NCBI GenBank assembly: GCA_041750795.1
Contig: JBGSYQ010000529.1
Coordinates: forward strand, 612-64,611
Reading direction: 5' to 3'
Length of the DNA: 64,000 nt
Source of the DNA: Pirellulales bacterium
Lineage (GTDB): Bacteria > Planctomycetota > Planctomycetia > Pirellulales > PALSA-1355
The notes under the pieces were generated by a model. That model was not told where the DNA came from and did not search any database. It worked only from the letters and a program-made list of their open reading frames with translations. Positions 35,565 to 45,177 of this stretch are shown in pieces. How positions within the stretch are numbered: position 1 is the first letter of the stretch; every line of letters begins with the position of its first letter. The translations under genes were made by a program, and so were the position numbers.

Positions 35565-36752
35565 GTGGCAAGCGGCAAGTTTTTGTTCACCAGCGAATCG
35601 GTAAGCATGGGCCACCCGGACAAGTTGGCCGACCAGATTTCGGACGGCGTGTTGGACGCTTTGCTCGCCCAGGATCCAATGAGCCGCGTGGCTTGCGAGA
35701 CGATGGTCACCACCGGCGTGGCGATCGTGGCCGGCGAAATCACCACCAAGGCGGTGGTCGATTATTCCAGCGTCGTGCGAAACGTGATTCGCGAGGTGGG
35801 CTATACCGACGACGAGATGGGCATCAACGCCGACACCTGCGCCGTGATGGTCTCGATCGACAAGCAAAGCCCGGACATTGCCCAGGGCGTGAACGAGAAT
35901 TCGGACCAGGGCAAGGACATCGGCGCCGGCGACCAGGGGCTGATGTTTGGCTTTGCCTCGAATGACACGCCCGAGTTGATGCCGCTGCCCATCGCATTGG
36001 CCCATCGCATTCTCAACCGGCTGACTGCCGCCCGGCAGAACAAAGAAGTCGACTGGCTGCGGCCCGACAGCAAGAGCCAGGTGACGGTGGAATACGAAGA
36101 CAACCGGCCGGTGCGGATCGACACGGTGGTGGTTTCGACGCAGCACAGCCCGCAGGTTTCGAACGAAGAGATTCGCAAGTTCGTGATCGAGAAGATCGTC
36201 AAGCCCGAGCTGCCGCCGGAGCTGGTCAACGGCGAGATCAAGTATCTCATCAATCCGACCGGTCGATTCGTGGTGGGGGGGCCGCACGGCGATTGCGGGC
36301 TCACCGGCCGCAAGATCATCGTCGACACGTACGGCGGCTGGGGACGGCACGGCGGCGGCGCCTTTAGCGGCAAGGACGCGACCAAGGTGGACCGCAGCGC
36401 CGCCTACATGGCCCGGCACGTGGCCAAGAACATCGTCGCCGCGGGACTGGCCGAGCACTGCGAATTGCAATTGGCCTACGCCATCGGCGTGACCGAACCG
36501 GTGAGCGTACACGTCGACACTGGCGGCACGGGCCAGGTGGACGACGAGCGGATTTGCGAGGTCGTCAAAGAGCTGTTCCCGCTCACGCCGGGCGGCATCA
36601 TCAAGTATCTCGAGCTGCGGCGCCCGATCTTCCGCAAGACGGCGGCCGGCGGCCACTTCGGCCGCGACGACGCCGACTTCACCTGGGAGAGCACGCACCG
36701 CGCCAAGGAACTGGCCAAGGCCTGCGGCAGCGCCGTGGCCGCGCGGACGTAG
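35565..36752 (+). CDS. metK: S-adenosylmethionine synthetase
   Basis: GTG 35565 has AGGAG (35552-35556) 8 nt upstream, giving an N-terminus ...[23 protein letters not shown] as in MetK. Also present: [19 protein letters not shown] and [16 protein letters not shown]. Confidence 0.95.
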   Translation: MASGKFLFTSESVSMGHPDKLADQISDGVLDALLAQDPMSRVACETMVTTGVAIVAGEITTKAVVDYSSVVRNVIREVGYTDDEMGINADTCAVMVSIDKQSPDIAQGVNENSDQGKDIGAGDQGLMFGFASNDTPELMPLPIALAHRILNRLTAARQNKEVDWLRPDSKSQVTVEYEDNRPVRIDTVVVSTQHSPQVSNEEIRKFVIEKIVKPELPPELVNGEIKYLINPTGRFVVGGPHGDCGLTGRKIIVDTYGGWGRHGGGAFSGKDATKVDRSAAYMARHVAKNIVAAGLAEHCELQLAYAIGVTEPVSVHVDTGGTGQVDDERICEVVKELFPLTPGGIIKYLELRRPIFRKTAAGGHFGRDDADFTWESTHRAKELAKACGSAVAART

Positions 36753-36769
36753 CGCAGCGGGGACTTCGC

Positions 36770-37585
36770 ATGGACGCGCCTGCCGTTGTTCGCCCTGTAA
36801 GCTGGCTAGCTATCGATACACCGGTGATGAGGCACGTTGCCCGTGCGGCGCTGGCCACGTTGTTTGCACTGGTCGCATTGGCCGCGCTTGTTGTGATTCT
36901 GCGTCGAATTGACGGGGCGCTGCGCGAGCCGTTGCCGCCGTTTGCGTTGGCCGCGCTGGGCGGAGGGTTGGCGATTGCCGCGCTGGCGTTTCGCCACTTG
37001 ACTGCGCGAGATTGTTGGCAGTGGGGTGCTACGGCATGCTATGCAATCTGGGCCGCGCCGTCGGTCGTGCTGCTGCTCTGGGCGGCAGGCATCTTGTTGC
37101 CCGGCACCACGGCGACGGGCTGGGCCAGCTTTCTCGGCCTGCTGCTGGTCGAAGAAGGCTGGAGCTGGGGCCGCCTTCCAAAAAAGGGGGCGGGAGTCTT
37201 AAATAATGAATCCCGCCCCCTTTTTTCAGAAGCGGGTCTGTCCATGTTGGATGGAGAGCCGTCGCAGGCGCCTGCCGATATCGACGAAACGGCCACGCAG
37301 TGGCTGGTGCGGCGCCGGGAGCCGGACGGCGGCGAGGCGATCGAAGGCTGGCTTCGCACCGGTTTCGTGGCGGGGCAGCGCCACGCGATGGCCCATCTGG
37401 CCATCTGCCCGCCGATGGCCACGACGCCCGTCTGCTATGCCGAAGCTTCCGACGGTCCGCCGGCTCAAGTGAAGGTCGGGCAGGTATTGCCCTACGGCCT
37501 GCGACTGGAGATCAAGCTCGACGAAGCGGCCGAAGAGCCGTGCGAAGTGCTGGTCGAGTTTTCGATTCAAGAACAAGCGCCGTAG
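36770..37585 (+). CDS. hypothetical protein: 4-TM N-terminal half plus soluble C-terminal half (possibly two fused or mis-joined units)
   Basis: The first ATG in ORF 36554..37585 after the metK stop is 36770. Third codon positions are G/C-rich in both halves. The frame reads through a terminator-like palindrome at 37180-37226. An in-frame ATG at 37244 could start a separate product. Confidence 0.5.
   Translation: MDAPAVVRPVSWLAIDTPVMRHVARAALATLFALVALAALVVILRRIDGALREPLPPFALAALGGGLAIAALAFRHLTARDCWQWGATACYAIWAAPSVVLLLWAAGILLPGTTATGWASFLGLLLVEEGWSWGRLPKKGAGVLNNESRPLFSEAGLSMLDGEPSQAPADIDETATQWLVRRREPDGGEAIEGWLRTGFVAGQRHAMAHLAICPPMATTPVCYAEASDGPPAQVKVGQVLPYGLRLEIKLDEAAEEPCEVLVEFSIQEQAP
37180..37226. 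repeat. perfect 16-bp inverted repeat, bidirectional-terminator-like hairpin, inside an ORF
   Basis: AAAAAAGGGGGCGGGA (37180-37195), the loop GTCTTAAATAATGAA, then TCCCGCCCCCTTTTTT (37211-37226). Confidence 0.85.
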
Positions 37586-37647
37586 CATCGACGCTCGTTG
37601 ATCGACGCTCGTATACCCCCACTTTGTGAATCACCGGGTATCTGCAA

Positions 37648-38655
37648 TCATTTCGCCCGCGACTCTTGCAGCACGTTGCCCATGGCTTCCACGATGCGGG
37701 GCGTGGGCAGGTCGATGCGGCCTTCGAGCAGAAACACGAAGTTGTCGGCCAGCACTTCTTCGGGATGGATGATGTACTTCGTGTTCGCGCCGATCTGTTC
37801 GGCATAGCCGGGCACGCCGGCCGGATCGACCAGCACCGCCTGGCCGTTGCGGAGCGCCGGCCGGCGCAGGTCGCCGTCGCGCTCCAGTTGCATCAGCTTG
37901 AAGTCCAGATAGTCGAACAGCGACCCGCCGCGCGCCGGATTGTATCGCTGGTGCTTGGAGATCAACACTGGCATCCATTCCAGCGGTCCGCCCGGCGAGT
38001 CGGTGGTGATGGCAAAGTTGTTCAGCGGAGCGTCGGGGTTGGTGATCTTGCGCGGCCGCAGCGGTTCGGGCAGTTGCACTTCGCCTGTGGGATGAAAGCC
38101 GATCGTGGCATAAAGCCGCTGGCGCAGTTCGGGGTTGTGGCTCGACAACACGTGGAACACTTCGTGCGGCAGGATCTTGGGCAGCCGGCTGGGCTGCTGG
38201 TCGAGCATGTTCTGCGGCAGCACGATGGCGTTTCCGCGACAGTAGGCGGCGCGGCCTTCCTCCTCGCCGCTGGTCTTGACCAGCAGAATGACCGCCGGCA
38301 GCGGCAACTTCCAGGGATCGAGCTTCTTGCCCAGGTCTTCCAGCATGGGCGACAACCGCGCAATCTCGGCGTTGGTCCAGGGACGCACGTGCCCGGCGAT
38401 GAAGCCCAGAAACTCCTGCTCGGAGACGGGCCGATCGGTGCGCAGTCGAACCTGCCGGTCGAAGGGGCTCAGTTGCCGAATGTAGTCGTCGCGCTGGGAG
38501 AGCGCGGCGATGCCCTCGTGCTGGTCGGCGAAGCGCACGACGGTCGCGCCAGTGAGCGGCACTTCGACGGCCATCGCACCGGTGGCAACACCGCAGGTGA
38601 TCGTCGCCAGCGCGACCAGCCCCAATAGCAAGAACCTTCGGCCCATTACCCGCAT
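37648..38655 (-). CDS. secreted putative zinc metallopeptidase (HExxH; MtfA/gluzincin-like)
   Basis: ATG 38655 gives the signal peptide MRVMGRRFLLLGLVALATITCGVATGAMA. HEVFH is the HExxH motif. The downstream HPEEVLADNFVF resembles the third-ligand/aromatic block of MtfA-like peptidases. The family call is tentative. Confidence 0.65.
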   Translation of the reverse strand: MRVMGRRFLLLGLVALATITCGVATGAMAVEVPLTGATVVRFADQHEGIAALSQRDDYIRQLSPFDRQVRLRTDRPVSEQEFLGFIAGHVRPWTNAEIARLSPMLEDLGKKLDPWKLPLPAVILLVKTSGEEEGRAAYCRGNAIVLPQNMLDQQPSRLPKILPHEVFHVLSSHNPELRQRLYATIGFHPTGEVQLPEPLRPRKITNPDAPLNNFAITTDSPGGPLEWMPVLISKHQRYNPARGGSLFDYLDFKLMQLERDGDLRRPALRNGQAVLVDPAGVPGYAEQIGANTKYIIHPEEVLADNFVFLLEGRIDLPTPRIVEAMGNVLQESRAK

Positions 38656-38693
38656 CGTGTGCTCCGATTCGCTCGACTTGCAGATGCTTATGG

Positions 38694-39434
38694 TTACTTG
38701 ATGCCCAACAGCACGGCCCACATCTCCTGCTGCCACGGCGCGCTGACCGAGCGGAAGCCGCAGTCGGCCAGACAGGCAAGTTGCGCTTGCACGGTCTCGT
38801 GACAGTCGTCGCCGCTAACCCGAGGCTGATCGAAGTGGGCGACGTTGCGCTGCTGCCATTTTTCCAGCATGCCGCTGAAGTTCTCGCCCACCAGGCCCTC
38901 GGCCACGATGCGGCGCATATGGGCGGCCCACTTTTCGAGCGCCGCGCGATACTCGTCCTGGCTCTCGGCGCGCACTTCGTCGCCGTTGGCAAGAATGCCC
39001 AGCGGTTCCAGCACGTTGTAACACTTCTGGTAAAGCGCCCTCTTCTCATCAGGCGCCAGATGGTGGATGGCAGAGGTGCTGACAATGGCGGTCGGCTGGC
39101 CGGGCAGTTGCGCGGCCCAATCATCCTGCAGGCGCGCGACGACCAACGCGGCCCGATCGGCAAACGGAGCAAGCCGCCCGCGTGCCAATTCCAGAAAGGC
39201 CTCGGACTGATCGACCACCACGGCTCGGGCGCGGGGAAAGCGGCTGAGGAATTTCTCCGCCAGCCGGGCGGACCCGCCGCCCAGATCGACCAGCAAGAAC
39301 TCGGCATCTTGGGGTCGGGCGATCTGGGCCAGCACCGCCTCCTGCGCTTCGCGGTAGTAGGGGTGTACGATCTCGGCCGCGGCATCGTAGCCGGCGGCAT
39401 GCTCCGTCACGTTCCAGCGATAAGGTTGCGTCAT
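38694..39434 (-). CDS. class I SAM-dependent methyltransferase
   Basis: 246 aa. Motif I is LLVDLGGGSARLAE, followed by VVDQSEAFLE and AIVSTSAIHHL. Confidence 0.8.
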   Translation of the reverse strand: MTQPYRWNVTEHAAGYDAAAEIVHPYYREAQEAVLAQIARPQDAEFLLVDLGGGSARLAEKFLSRFPRARAVVVDQSEAFLELARGRLAPFADRAALVVARLQDDWAAQLPGQPTAIVSTSAIHHLAPDEKRALYQKCYNVLEPLGILANGDEVRAESQDEYRAALEKWAAHMRRIVAEGLVGENFSGMLEKWQQRNVAHFDQPRVSGDDCHETVQAQLACLADCGFRSVSAPWQQEMWAVLLGIK

Positions 39435-39751
39435 TGCAAGTTGCCCATGAGAAAGGGGTAGGCCAGGATCCGAATCTGCAATGAATCAGACGGTGCGAGC
39501 CGTGGTAAAGTTCGCCAGCGCTTGCCGTTGGCCAGTTTGTCACAGTACACTGGCGGGTGCAACGCACTCGCGTTGGCAACGTGCGGCCATGAGGTCATGG
39601 CGACAGTAGCGGAAGTTGCAGAACTGAGATTGCCTCCGGCTGAATTCTTACGAATCCGGCTACAGGTCCATCATTGCGGAGTTGGCCCCGAACGCCCCCA
39701 GCGGTCTTGCGCCGGAATGGCGCCCGTCACGTATTCGGAGATCCAGTCGAT

Positions 39752-41497
39752 ATGGTTTCGTCGACAGATAAGGCGGCAGGTCCGGCGTGCGACGTGGTGA
39801 TTCGGGGCGGCACGGTCTTTGACGGTGCGGGCACGCCTGGCATGGTGGCCGACGTGGCCATCGACGCAGGAAAGGTGCTGGCCGTCGGTGCGCGGCTGCC
39901 GCACACCGGCGGACGCGAAGTGGACGCCAATGGCTGCTGGGTGATGCCTGGCATGCTCGACATCCACACGCACTACGACGCCGAAGTGGAGGCAATGCCG
40001 GGGCTGGAAGAATCGGTTCGCCACGGCGTGACGACCGTGGTGATGGGCAACTGCTCGCTGTCGGCCGCGCTGGGCAAGAAGAAGGACATCCTCGATCTGT
40101 TTTGCCGCGTCGAGAGCCTGCCGCGCGACGTGCTGTCTGAATGGCTGGGCGACGACATCGCGTGGCACGGGGTGCGCGAGTACTACGATCACCTGGACCA
40201 TTTGCCCCTGGGGCCGAACGTGGCCAGCCTGATCGGCCATTCGAACGTGCGCGCCGAAGTGATGGGTATGGAGCGCAGCTTGAGCGTCGCCAATGCCGAG
40301 CCCGAGGAAATCCGCAAAATGCAAGGCCTCGTTGACGACGCATTGGCCGAGGGGTATCTCGGCCTGTCGATCGACATGCTGCCGTGGCATCGCTTGGATG
40401 GCGAGCCGTTTCGCGGCATCTCGGTTCCCTCGCAGCACGCGCATCCGAGCGAGTATCGCAGCCTGGCCCAAGTGGTTCGCCAGCGAGATCGCATCTTACA
40501 GGCCACGCCCAACGCATTGACCAAGAGCACGGTTGCCATCCTCGGCATGCTGAGCACGGGCATCGGGCGCAAGCCGCTGCGGACGACGATTGTGGCCGCC
40601 ATGGACGTAAAGACCGACCGCAAGGTGTGGCGTATCGCCACGCTGGGCGGCACCATCCTCAACAAGCTGTTCCGCGCGAACATTCGCTGGCAGACGTTGG
40701 CCGAGCCGTTTTTGAATTACTGCGACGGCGTATGCACGCCCATGTTCGAAGAGTTCGCCACCGGCGTCGAAGCGATCAGCGCTGCGCCCGAAGAGCGCCG
40801 GCGGATGTTCTCCGATGCGAAGTTTCGCACGGCTTTTCGCGCCGATTGGGAAAGCAAGCGCGGCCGGCTGTTCCATCGCAACCTGGCCGATATGTGGGTG
40901 GTATCGTCGCCGGTGCCGGGCCAGGAGGGCAAGTCGTTCGACGAGTTAGCACGCGCGGCCGGCGCCGAGCCGATTGAGTATTTCATGGATCTGCTGGCCG
41001 AGCACGACACGGCCGTACGTTGGCGGACCGTCGTCACGAACGACCGGGCGGCGCAGCGGCAATACCTGTTCGCTCACGACACGGCCCTGCCGGGCTTCAA
41101 CGACTCGGGCGCGCACGCGCGCAACATGGCCTTTCAGGACGGCGGCTTGCAGATGCTGCAGCAGGTGCAAGCCAACCCGGGGCTGATGCCGATCGAAAAG
41201 GCGATTCACAAGCTGACCGGCCTAAGCGCCTCGTGGCTGGGTATCGACGCGGGCACCTTGCGTCCGAAGTCTCGCGCCGACGTCGTGGTGGTCGATCCGC
41301 GGACGCTGCCCACCGGATTAAGCGAGCCGATCGAGCATTACGACGAGCGACTGCACGGCGCCATGCGAATGGTGAAGCGCTCGGACAGCGTGGTGCGGCA
41401 GGTGTTGGTCGGCGGGCGGATCGCATTCGAGGACGGCAAGTTCGTGCCCGAGTTCGGCCGCCAACGATTCGGCAAGCTGCTGCGAGCGCAACGATAG
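39752..41497 (+). CDS. N-acyl-D-amino-acid deacylase (D-aminoacylase) family amidohydrolase
   Basis: ATG 39752 has GGAG 11 nt upstream. DVVIRGGTVFDGAG ... GCWVMPGMLDIHTHYD is the amidohydrolase HxH. A C-terminal beta-sandwich tail (VVVDP...V..VLVGG) is present. Confidence 0.85.
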   Translation: MVSSTDKAAGPACDVVIRGGTVFDGAGTPGMVADVAIDAGKVLAVGARLPHTGGREVDANGCWVMPGMLDIHTHYDAEVEAMPGLEESVRHGVTTVVMGNCSLSAALGKKKDILDLFCRVESLPRDVLSEWLGDDIAWHGVREYYDHLDHLPLGPNVASLIGHSNVRAEVMGMERSLSVANAEPEEIRKMQGLVDDALAEGYLGLSIDMLPWHRLDGEPFRGISVPSQHAHPSEYRSLAQVVRQRDRILQATPNALTKSTVAILGMLSTGIGRKPLRTTIVAAMDVKTDRKVWRIATLGGTILNKLFRANIRWQTLAEPFLNYCDGVCTPMFEEFATGVEAISAAPEERRRMFSDAKFRTAFRADWESKRGRLFHRNLADMWVVSSPVPGQEGKSFDELARAAGAEPIEYFMDLLAEHDTAVRWRTVVTNDRAAQRQYLFAHDTALPGFNDSGAHARNMAFQDGGLQMLQQVQANPGLMPIEKAIHKLTGLSASWLGIDAGTLRPKSRADVVVVDPRTLPTGLSEPIEHYDERLHGAMRMVKRSDSVVRQVLVGGRIAFEDGKFVPEFGRQRFGKLLRAQR

Positions 41498-41519
41498 AGC
41501 GCACGCATCGGCCGCTAGC

Positions 41520-42263
41520 TTACGAGCCATGCCACTCGAGACCGTCGGGCAACGCGTCGGGCGAGAATTCGATGTGAACAACGCGCCGATGCGATGGTGT
41601 GACCGCGGCCGAGGAAGCGTGCAGTAGGAGCGGCCGCATCACAAATGCACTGCCACGCGCCACCGGACAGACTTCCGCTGGCATACGCTCGACGATTTGT
41701 TGGATGGCGTCCGCGTCGAGGCGTCCTCGGTGGTGCGATCCCGCAATAACGCGCAGCGCGCCGTTCTCCTCTGTCGTGTCGTCCAGGTGCAAACGCACTG
41801 TCAGCATGCGTGCCAGGATGTTCACAGGCGGTTGAACGTGCGGGACTCCAGCCTTGATCGACCAGCCGGAAAATCCGGCCACGTCTCGTTGTTGGCGAAC
41901 TGCAATACTCAAATCCTGATGCCAACTCACTTTCCAATTTGCGTCGGGGGTCTTGTCGAAGTAAATACCGCGAACCGGCCGGGCGTCGGTGCCGGCCAAG
42001 GGGTCGACGATCGCGCGCAACACAGCTCGGTGCGCAAAGTCGCACACTTCCGGCGCAAGTCGCAATAGATTGCGAATACCGTACGAACTCGATCCGCGCC
42101 GACGCACGGATTCGTCATTGGCGAGACCGGCTAAGCTCGCCCGCAGAGTCATGATCTGGTCGTTGGGAACGACATTGTCGACGACGACGAATCCGCGAGC
42201 CGCAAAATCGTCCACCACGGATTCAATCGATTCGACGGGGTGAGGCATTCCTAGCGTCCGCAA
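41520..42263 (-). CDS. phytanoyl-CoA dioxygenase (PhyH) family Fe(II)/2-oxoglutarate oxygenase
   Basis: 247 aa. It has GFVVVDNVV, WHQD and ENGALRVIAGSH. Confidence 0.85.
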   Translation of the reverse strand: MRTLGMPHPVESIESVVDDFAARGFVVVDNVVPNDQIMTLRASLAGLANDESVRRRGSSSYGIRNLLRLAPEVCDFAHRAVLRAIVDPLAGTDARPVRGIYFDKTPDANWKVSWHQDLSIAVRQQRDVAGFSGWSIKAGVPHVQPPVNILARMLTVRLHLDDTTEENGALRVIAGSHHRGRLDADAIQQIVERMPAEVCPVARGSAFVMRPLLLHASSAAVTPSHRRVVHIEFSPDALPDGLEWHGS

Positions 42264-42584
42264 GTGCAGGTGCTTGCGCCACGATTAGCAGTGGTCAAGC
42301 AATTCGGCTTATGCAAATATAGCGGTCGTCGGCCCCCGACCGCCAGGCGTCGAGGCACGACGTATAATGATGCGTTGAACCGCAACTCGAACTTGGTACG
42401 CTGCAGTGGCGTTCTTGTTGAACGAGAAAGGCAACTATGGCCCGTTGGCCGCGTCATGTTTGGACTTCGATCGTCACATACGTGATGATTTTCGGGTTGT
42501 TTCCGCTATTGTGTTTGCTGGCCTGGGCCTGGGTTCGCGGAGTGATTTGATCGCTGATTTGCGCGAGTTGAACGGGAGGAGCGC

Positions 42585-43997
42585 GTGACGGACGCACTGC
42601 TGGAAGAGCTTCGCTCGCTGCTGGCACCTCACAAGCAGGAGCACGTGCTTGCGTTCTGGCCCGAGCTATCGACCGGCCAGCGCGCCGAGCTTGCCGCTCA
42701 GATCCGCGCCATCGACCTGCGCGAGCTGATTGGCTTGGTGCACGGCGCTCACGCAACCGAGGATTGGGCCGAGCTGGCACGGCGTGCCCTGGCGCCGCCG
42801 GCGTTTCGGCTGCACGATCAGCGACGCGAGATTTCGCCCGAGCAGGCGGAAGATCGCGGCCAGGAGGCGCTCTCCGCAGGACATGTCGGCGCGATTCTGG
42901 TGGCCGGAGGGCAGGGGACGCGCTTGGGCTTCGATCGACCCAAGGGCATGTTCGCCATCGGGCCGATCTCCGGCAGCTCGCTGTTTCAGATCCTGATCGA
43001 AAAGATCGTAGCCCGTTCGCGCGTGGCGGGCATGCGGATTCCGCTGTACGTCATGACCAGTCCAGCCACGCATGGCGAGACGGTCGACTATCTGGCAGCC
43101 AACGAAAATTTCGGCCTGCCGAACGACGACGTGCGCATCTTCTGCCAGGGTACCATGCCCGCGGTCGATGCCGCCAGCGGTCGGCTGTTGCTGGAGTCGA
43201 AGCACTGCCTGGCGCTCAGTCCCGACGGCCACGGCGGCATGCTGCGGGCACTGGTGGAAAGCGGCTCGCTGGCCGAGATGCGCGCTCGCGGCATCCAGCA
43301 ACTGTTCTACTCTCAGATCGACAACCCGCTGGTCGAGATGTGCGATCCCGAGTTTCTCGGCTATCACCTGCTGTCGCATTCTGAGCTTTCGACGCAAGTG
43401 GTCGCCAAGCGCACGTCGCGCGACAAGGTGGGCAACTTGGTGTCGATCGACGGGCGGCTGCGGATCATCGAGTACAGCGATTTGAACCCCTTGCCCGACG
43501 AAATCGTGGAGCGCCGTGCGGCCGGCGGCACGCCCATTTTCTGGGCCGGCAACACCGCCATCCACGCGATCGACATGGCGCTGCTGGAACGTGCCTACCA
43601 TAGTGCCACGGCGCTGCCTTTTCACGTGGCGCGCAAGGCCGTGCCGCATCTCGATGCGTCCGGCCGGCGCATCGAGCCGCGTGAGCCCAACGCGGTCAAG
43701 TTCGAGCGATTCATTTTCGACCTGCTGCCCGAGGCGCTGCAGGCGATCGTGGTCGAGGTGGACGAAGCGCGAGCCTTTGCGCCGGTGAAGAACGCGCCCG
43801 GCGAAGCGCGCGACACGCCGGAAACGGTCCAGCAGCAGATGATCGCCTTGCACCGGGGCTGGTTGCAGTCGGCCGGCGTGGACGTGGCGCCCGGCGTTGC
43901 GGTGGAGATCAGCCCGATGTTCGCTCAAAACGCCGAGGAAGTGGCCGCGCAGGTCCGGCCGGGACTGGTCGTGACGCAACCGAGGTATTTCTGTTAG
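42585..43997 (+). CDS. UDP-sugar pyrophosphorylase (UDPGP family, UDP-N-acetylglucosamine pyrophosphorylase-like)
   Basis: GTG 42585 is preceded by GGGAGGA. It has LVAGGQGTRLGFDRPKGMF, SPDGHGG and VEYSD-like IIEYSDL. Confidence 0.85.
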   Translation: MTDALLEELRSLLAPHKQEHVLAFWPELSTGQRAELAAQIRAIDLRELIGLVHGAHATEDWAELARRALAPPAFRLHDQRREISPEQAEDRGQEALSAGHVGAILVAGGQGTRLGFDRPKGMFAIGPISGSSLFQILIEKIVARSRVAGMRIPLYVMTSPATHGETVDYLAANENFGLPNDDVRIFCQGTMPAVDAASGRLLLESKHCLALSPDGHGGMLRALVESGSLAEMRARGIQQLFYSQIDNPLVEMCDPEFLGYHLLSHSELSTQVVAKRTSRDKVGNLVSIDGRLRIIEYSDLNPLPDEIVERRAAGGTPIFWAGNTAIHAIDMALLERAYHSATALPFHVARKAVPHLDASGRRIEPREPNAVKFERFIFDLLPEALQAIVVEVDEARAFAPVKNAPGEARDTPETVQQQMIALHRGWLQSAGVDVAPGVAVEISPMFAQNAEEVAAQVRPGLVVTQPRYFC

Positions 43998-44058
43998 CCT
44001 TAGCGCATGCAGCGCGGCCGGCGTGCTAGCAGCAATTTTTGGTGCGCTATCCCGGTAG

Positions 44059-45162
44059 GTGACAATGCTTCACGCGGTGATCATGGCCGGCGGATCCGGC
44101 ACGCGCTTCTGGCCGGAGAGTCGCGGCGCGCGGCCGAAGCAATTGTTGCGCCTGGTGGGCGATCGCTCGATGATCCAAAGTACGGTCGCTCGGCTGGGAT
44201 CGCTCGTGCCGCCGGAACGCACGCTGGTGGTGACCAACCGCCAGTTGATCGCGGAGGTTCGCCAGCAGCTTCCGCAACTGCCGGCCGCCGCCTTGGTCGG
44301 AGAGCCGTGCCGCCGCGACACGGCCCCCTGCATTGGGTTGGCGGCGCTGCTGATCCTGCGCGACGATCCGCAGGGTGTGATGGCGGTGATGCCCTCGGAT
44401 CACGTGATCGCGCCCGACGCGGCCTTTCAACAAGCAATTCAACTCGCGGCGCACCTGGTCGAGGAGGCGCCCGAGCGCTTGATCACGTTTGGCATTCGGC
44501 CGACGTATCCGGCCGAGTCGTTTGGTTACATCGAGCGCGGCGTCAAGCTTGCCGACGATGCGCGGCCGGCAGCGCTGGGCGCCGCGGCCGTGTATCAAGT
44601 GCAGCGCTTTCGCGAAAAGCCCAAGGCCGACGTGGCACGCGAATACCTGGCGGCCGGTTCCTTTTATTGGAACGCGGGCATTTTCGTGTGGAAGGCGGCC
44701 ACGATCGTGGCCGAGCTCGAAGCGCGGCACAGTGAGATGATGGCGCACTTGCGCAAGATTGCCGACGCTTGGACGAATAAGGATCGGGAGCAAGTGTTTA
44801 CACGCGAGTTCGAGGCGATCCGCGGCACTTCGATCGACTATGCCGTGATGGAACATTCACGCAACGTCCTGGTGGTCGAAGCGCCGTTTGCCTGGGATGA
44901 CGTGGGAAGCTGGCAGGCCATCGCACGGCTGCAAGGCGCCGATGCCGATGGCAATACGCTGGCCGGGCGGCACCTGGGGCTGCACACCAAGAGAACGATC
45001 GTGCGCACCGGAGACGATCATCTGGTGGTGACGCTGGGCGTGTCGGACTTGATCGTCGTACATACTCCCGACGCCACGCTGGTGGCCAACAAGCACGACG
45101 AGGAGTCGATTCGCCAGCTTGTGAAACTGTTGGAAGAGCGGGGCTGGCGCGAGTTTCTCTAA
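44059..45162 (+). CDS. mannose-1-phosphate guanylyltransferase (short form, no PMI domain)
   Basis: AVIMAGGSGTRFWPESR, FGI.PTYPAESFGYIE, FREKP and GSFYWNAGIFVW. Start is GTG 44059 or ATG 44065. Confidence 0.9.
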   Translation: MTMLHAVIMAGGSGTRFWPESRGARPKQLLRLVGDRSMIQSTVARLGSLVPPERTLVVTNRQLIAEVRQQLPQLPAAALVGEPCRRDTAPCIGLAALLILRDDPQGVMAVMPSDHVIAPDAAFQQAIQLAAHLVEEAPERLITFGIRPTYPAESFGYIERGVKLADDARPAALGAAAVYQVQRFREKPKADVAREYLAAGSFYWNAGIFVWKAATIVAELEARHSEMMAHLRKIADAWTNKDREQVFTREFEAIRGTSIDYAVMEHSRNVLVVEAPFAWDDVGSWQAIARLQGADADGNTLAGRHLGLHTKRTIVRTGDDHLVVTLGVSDLIVVHTPDATLVANKHDEESIRQLVKLLEERGWREFL

Positions 45163-45177
45163 CCACGGAACTTGTCG

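Noticed and set aside
42622-42637. TGGCAC-N5-AAGCA resembles a sigma-54 -24/-12 promoter.
   Set aside because: It lies 37 nt inside the UDP-sugar pyrophosphorylase coding sequence and points into the gene body. The -12 element is off-consensus (AAGCA rather than TTGCA). A similar GG-N10-GC hit at about 40164 is also intragenic.
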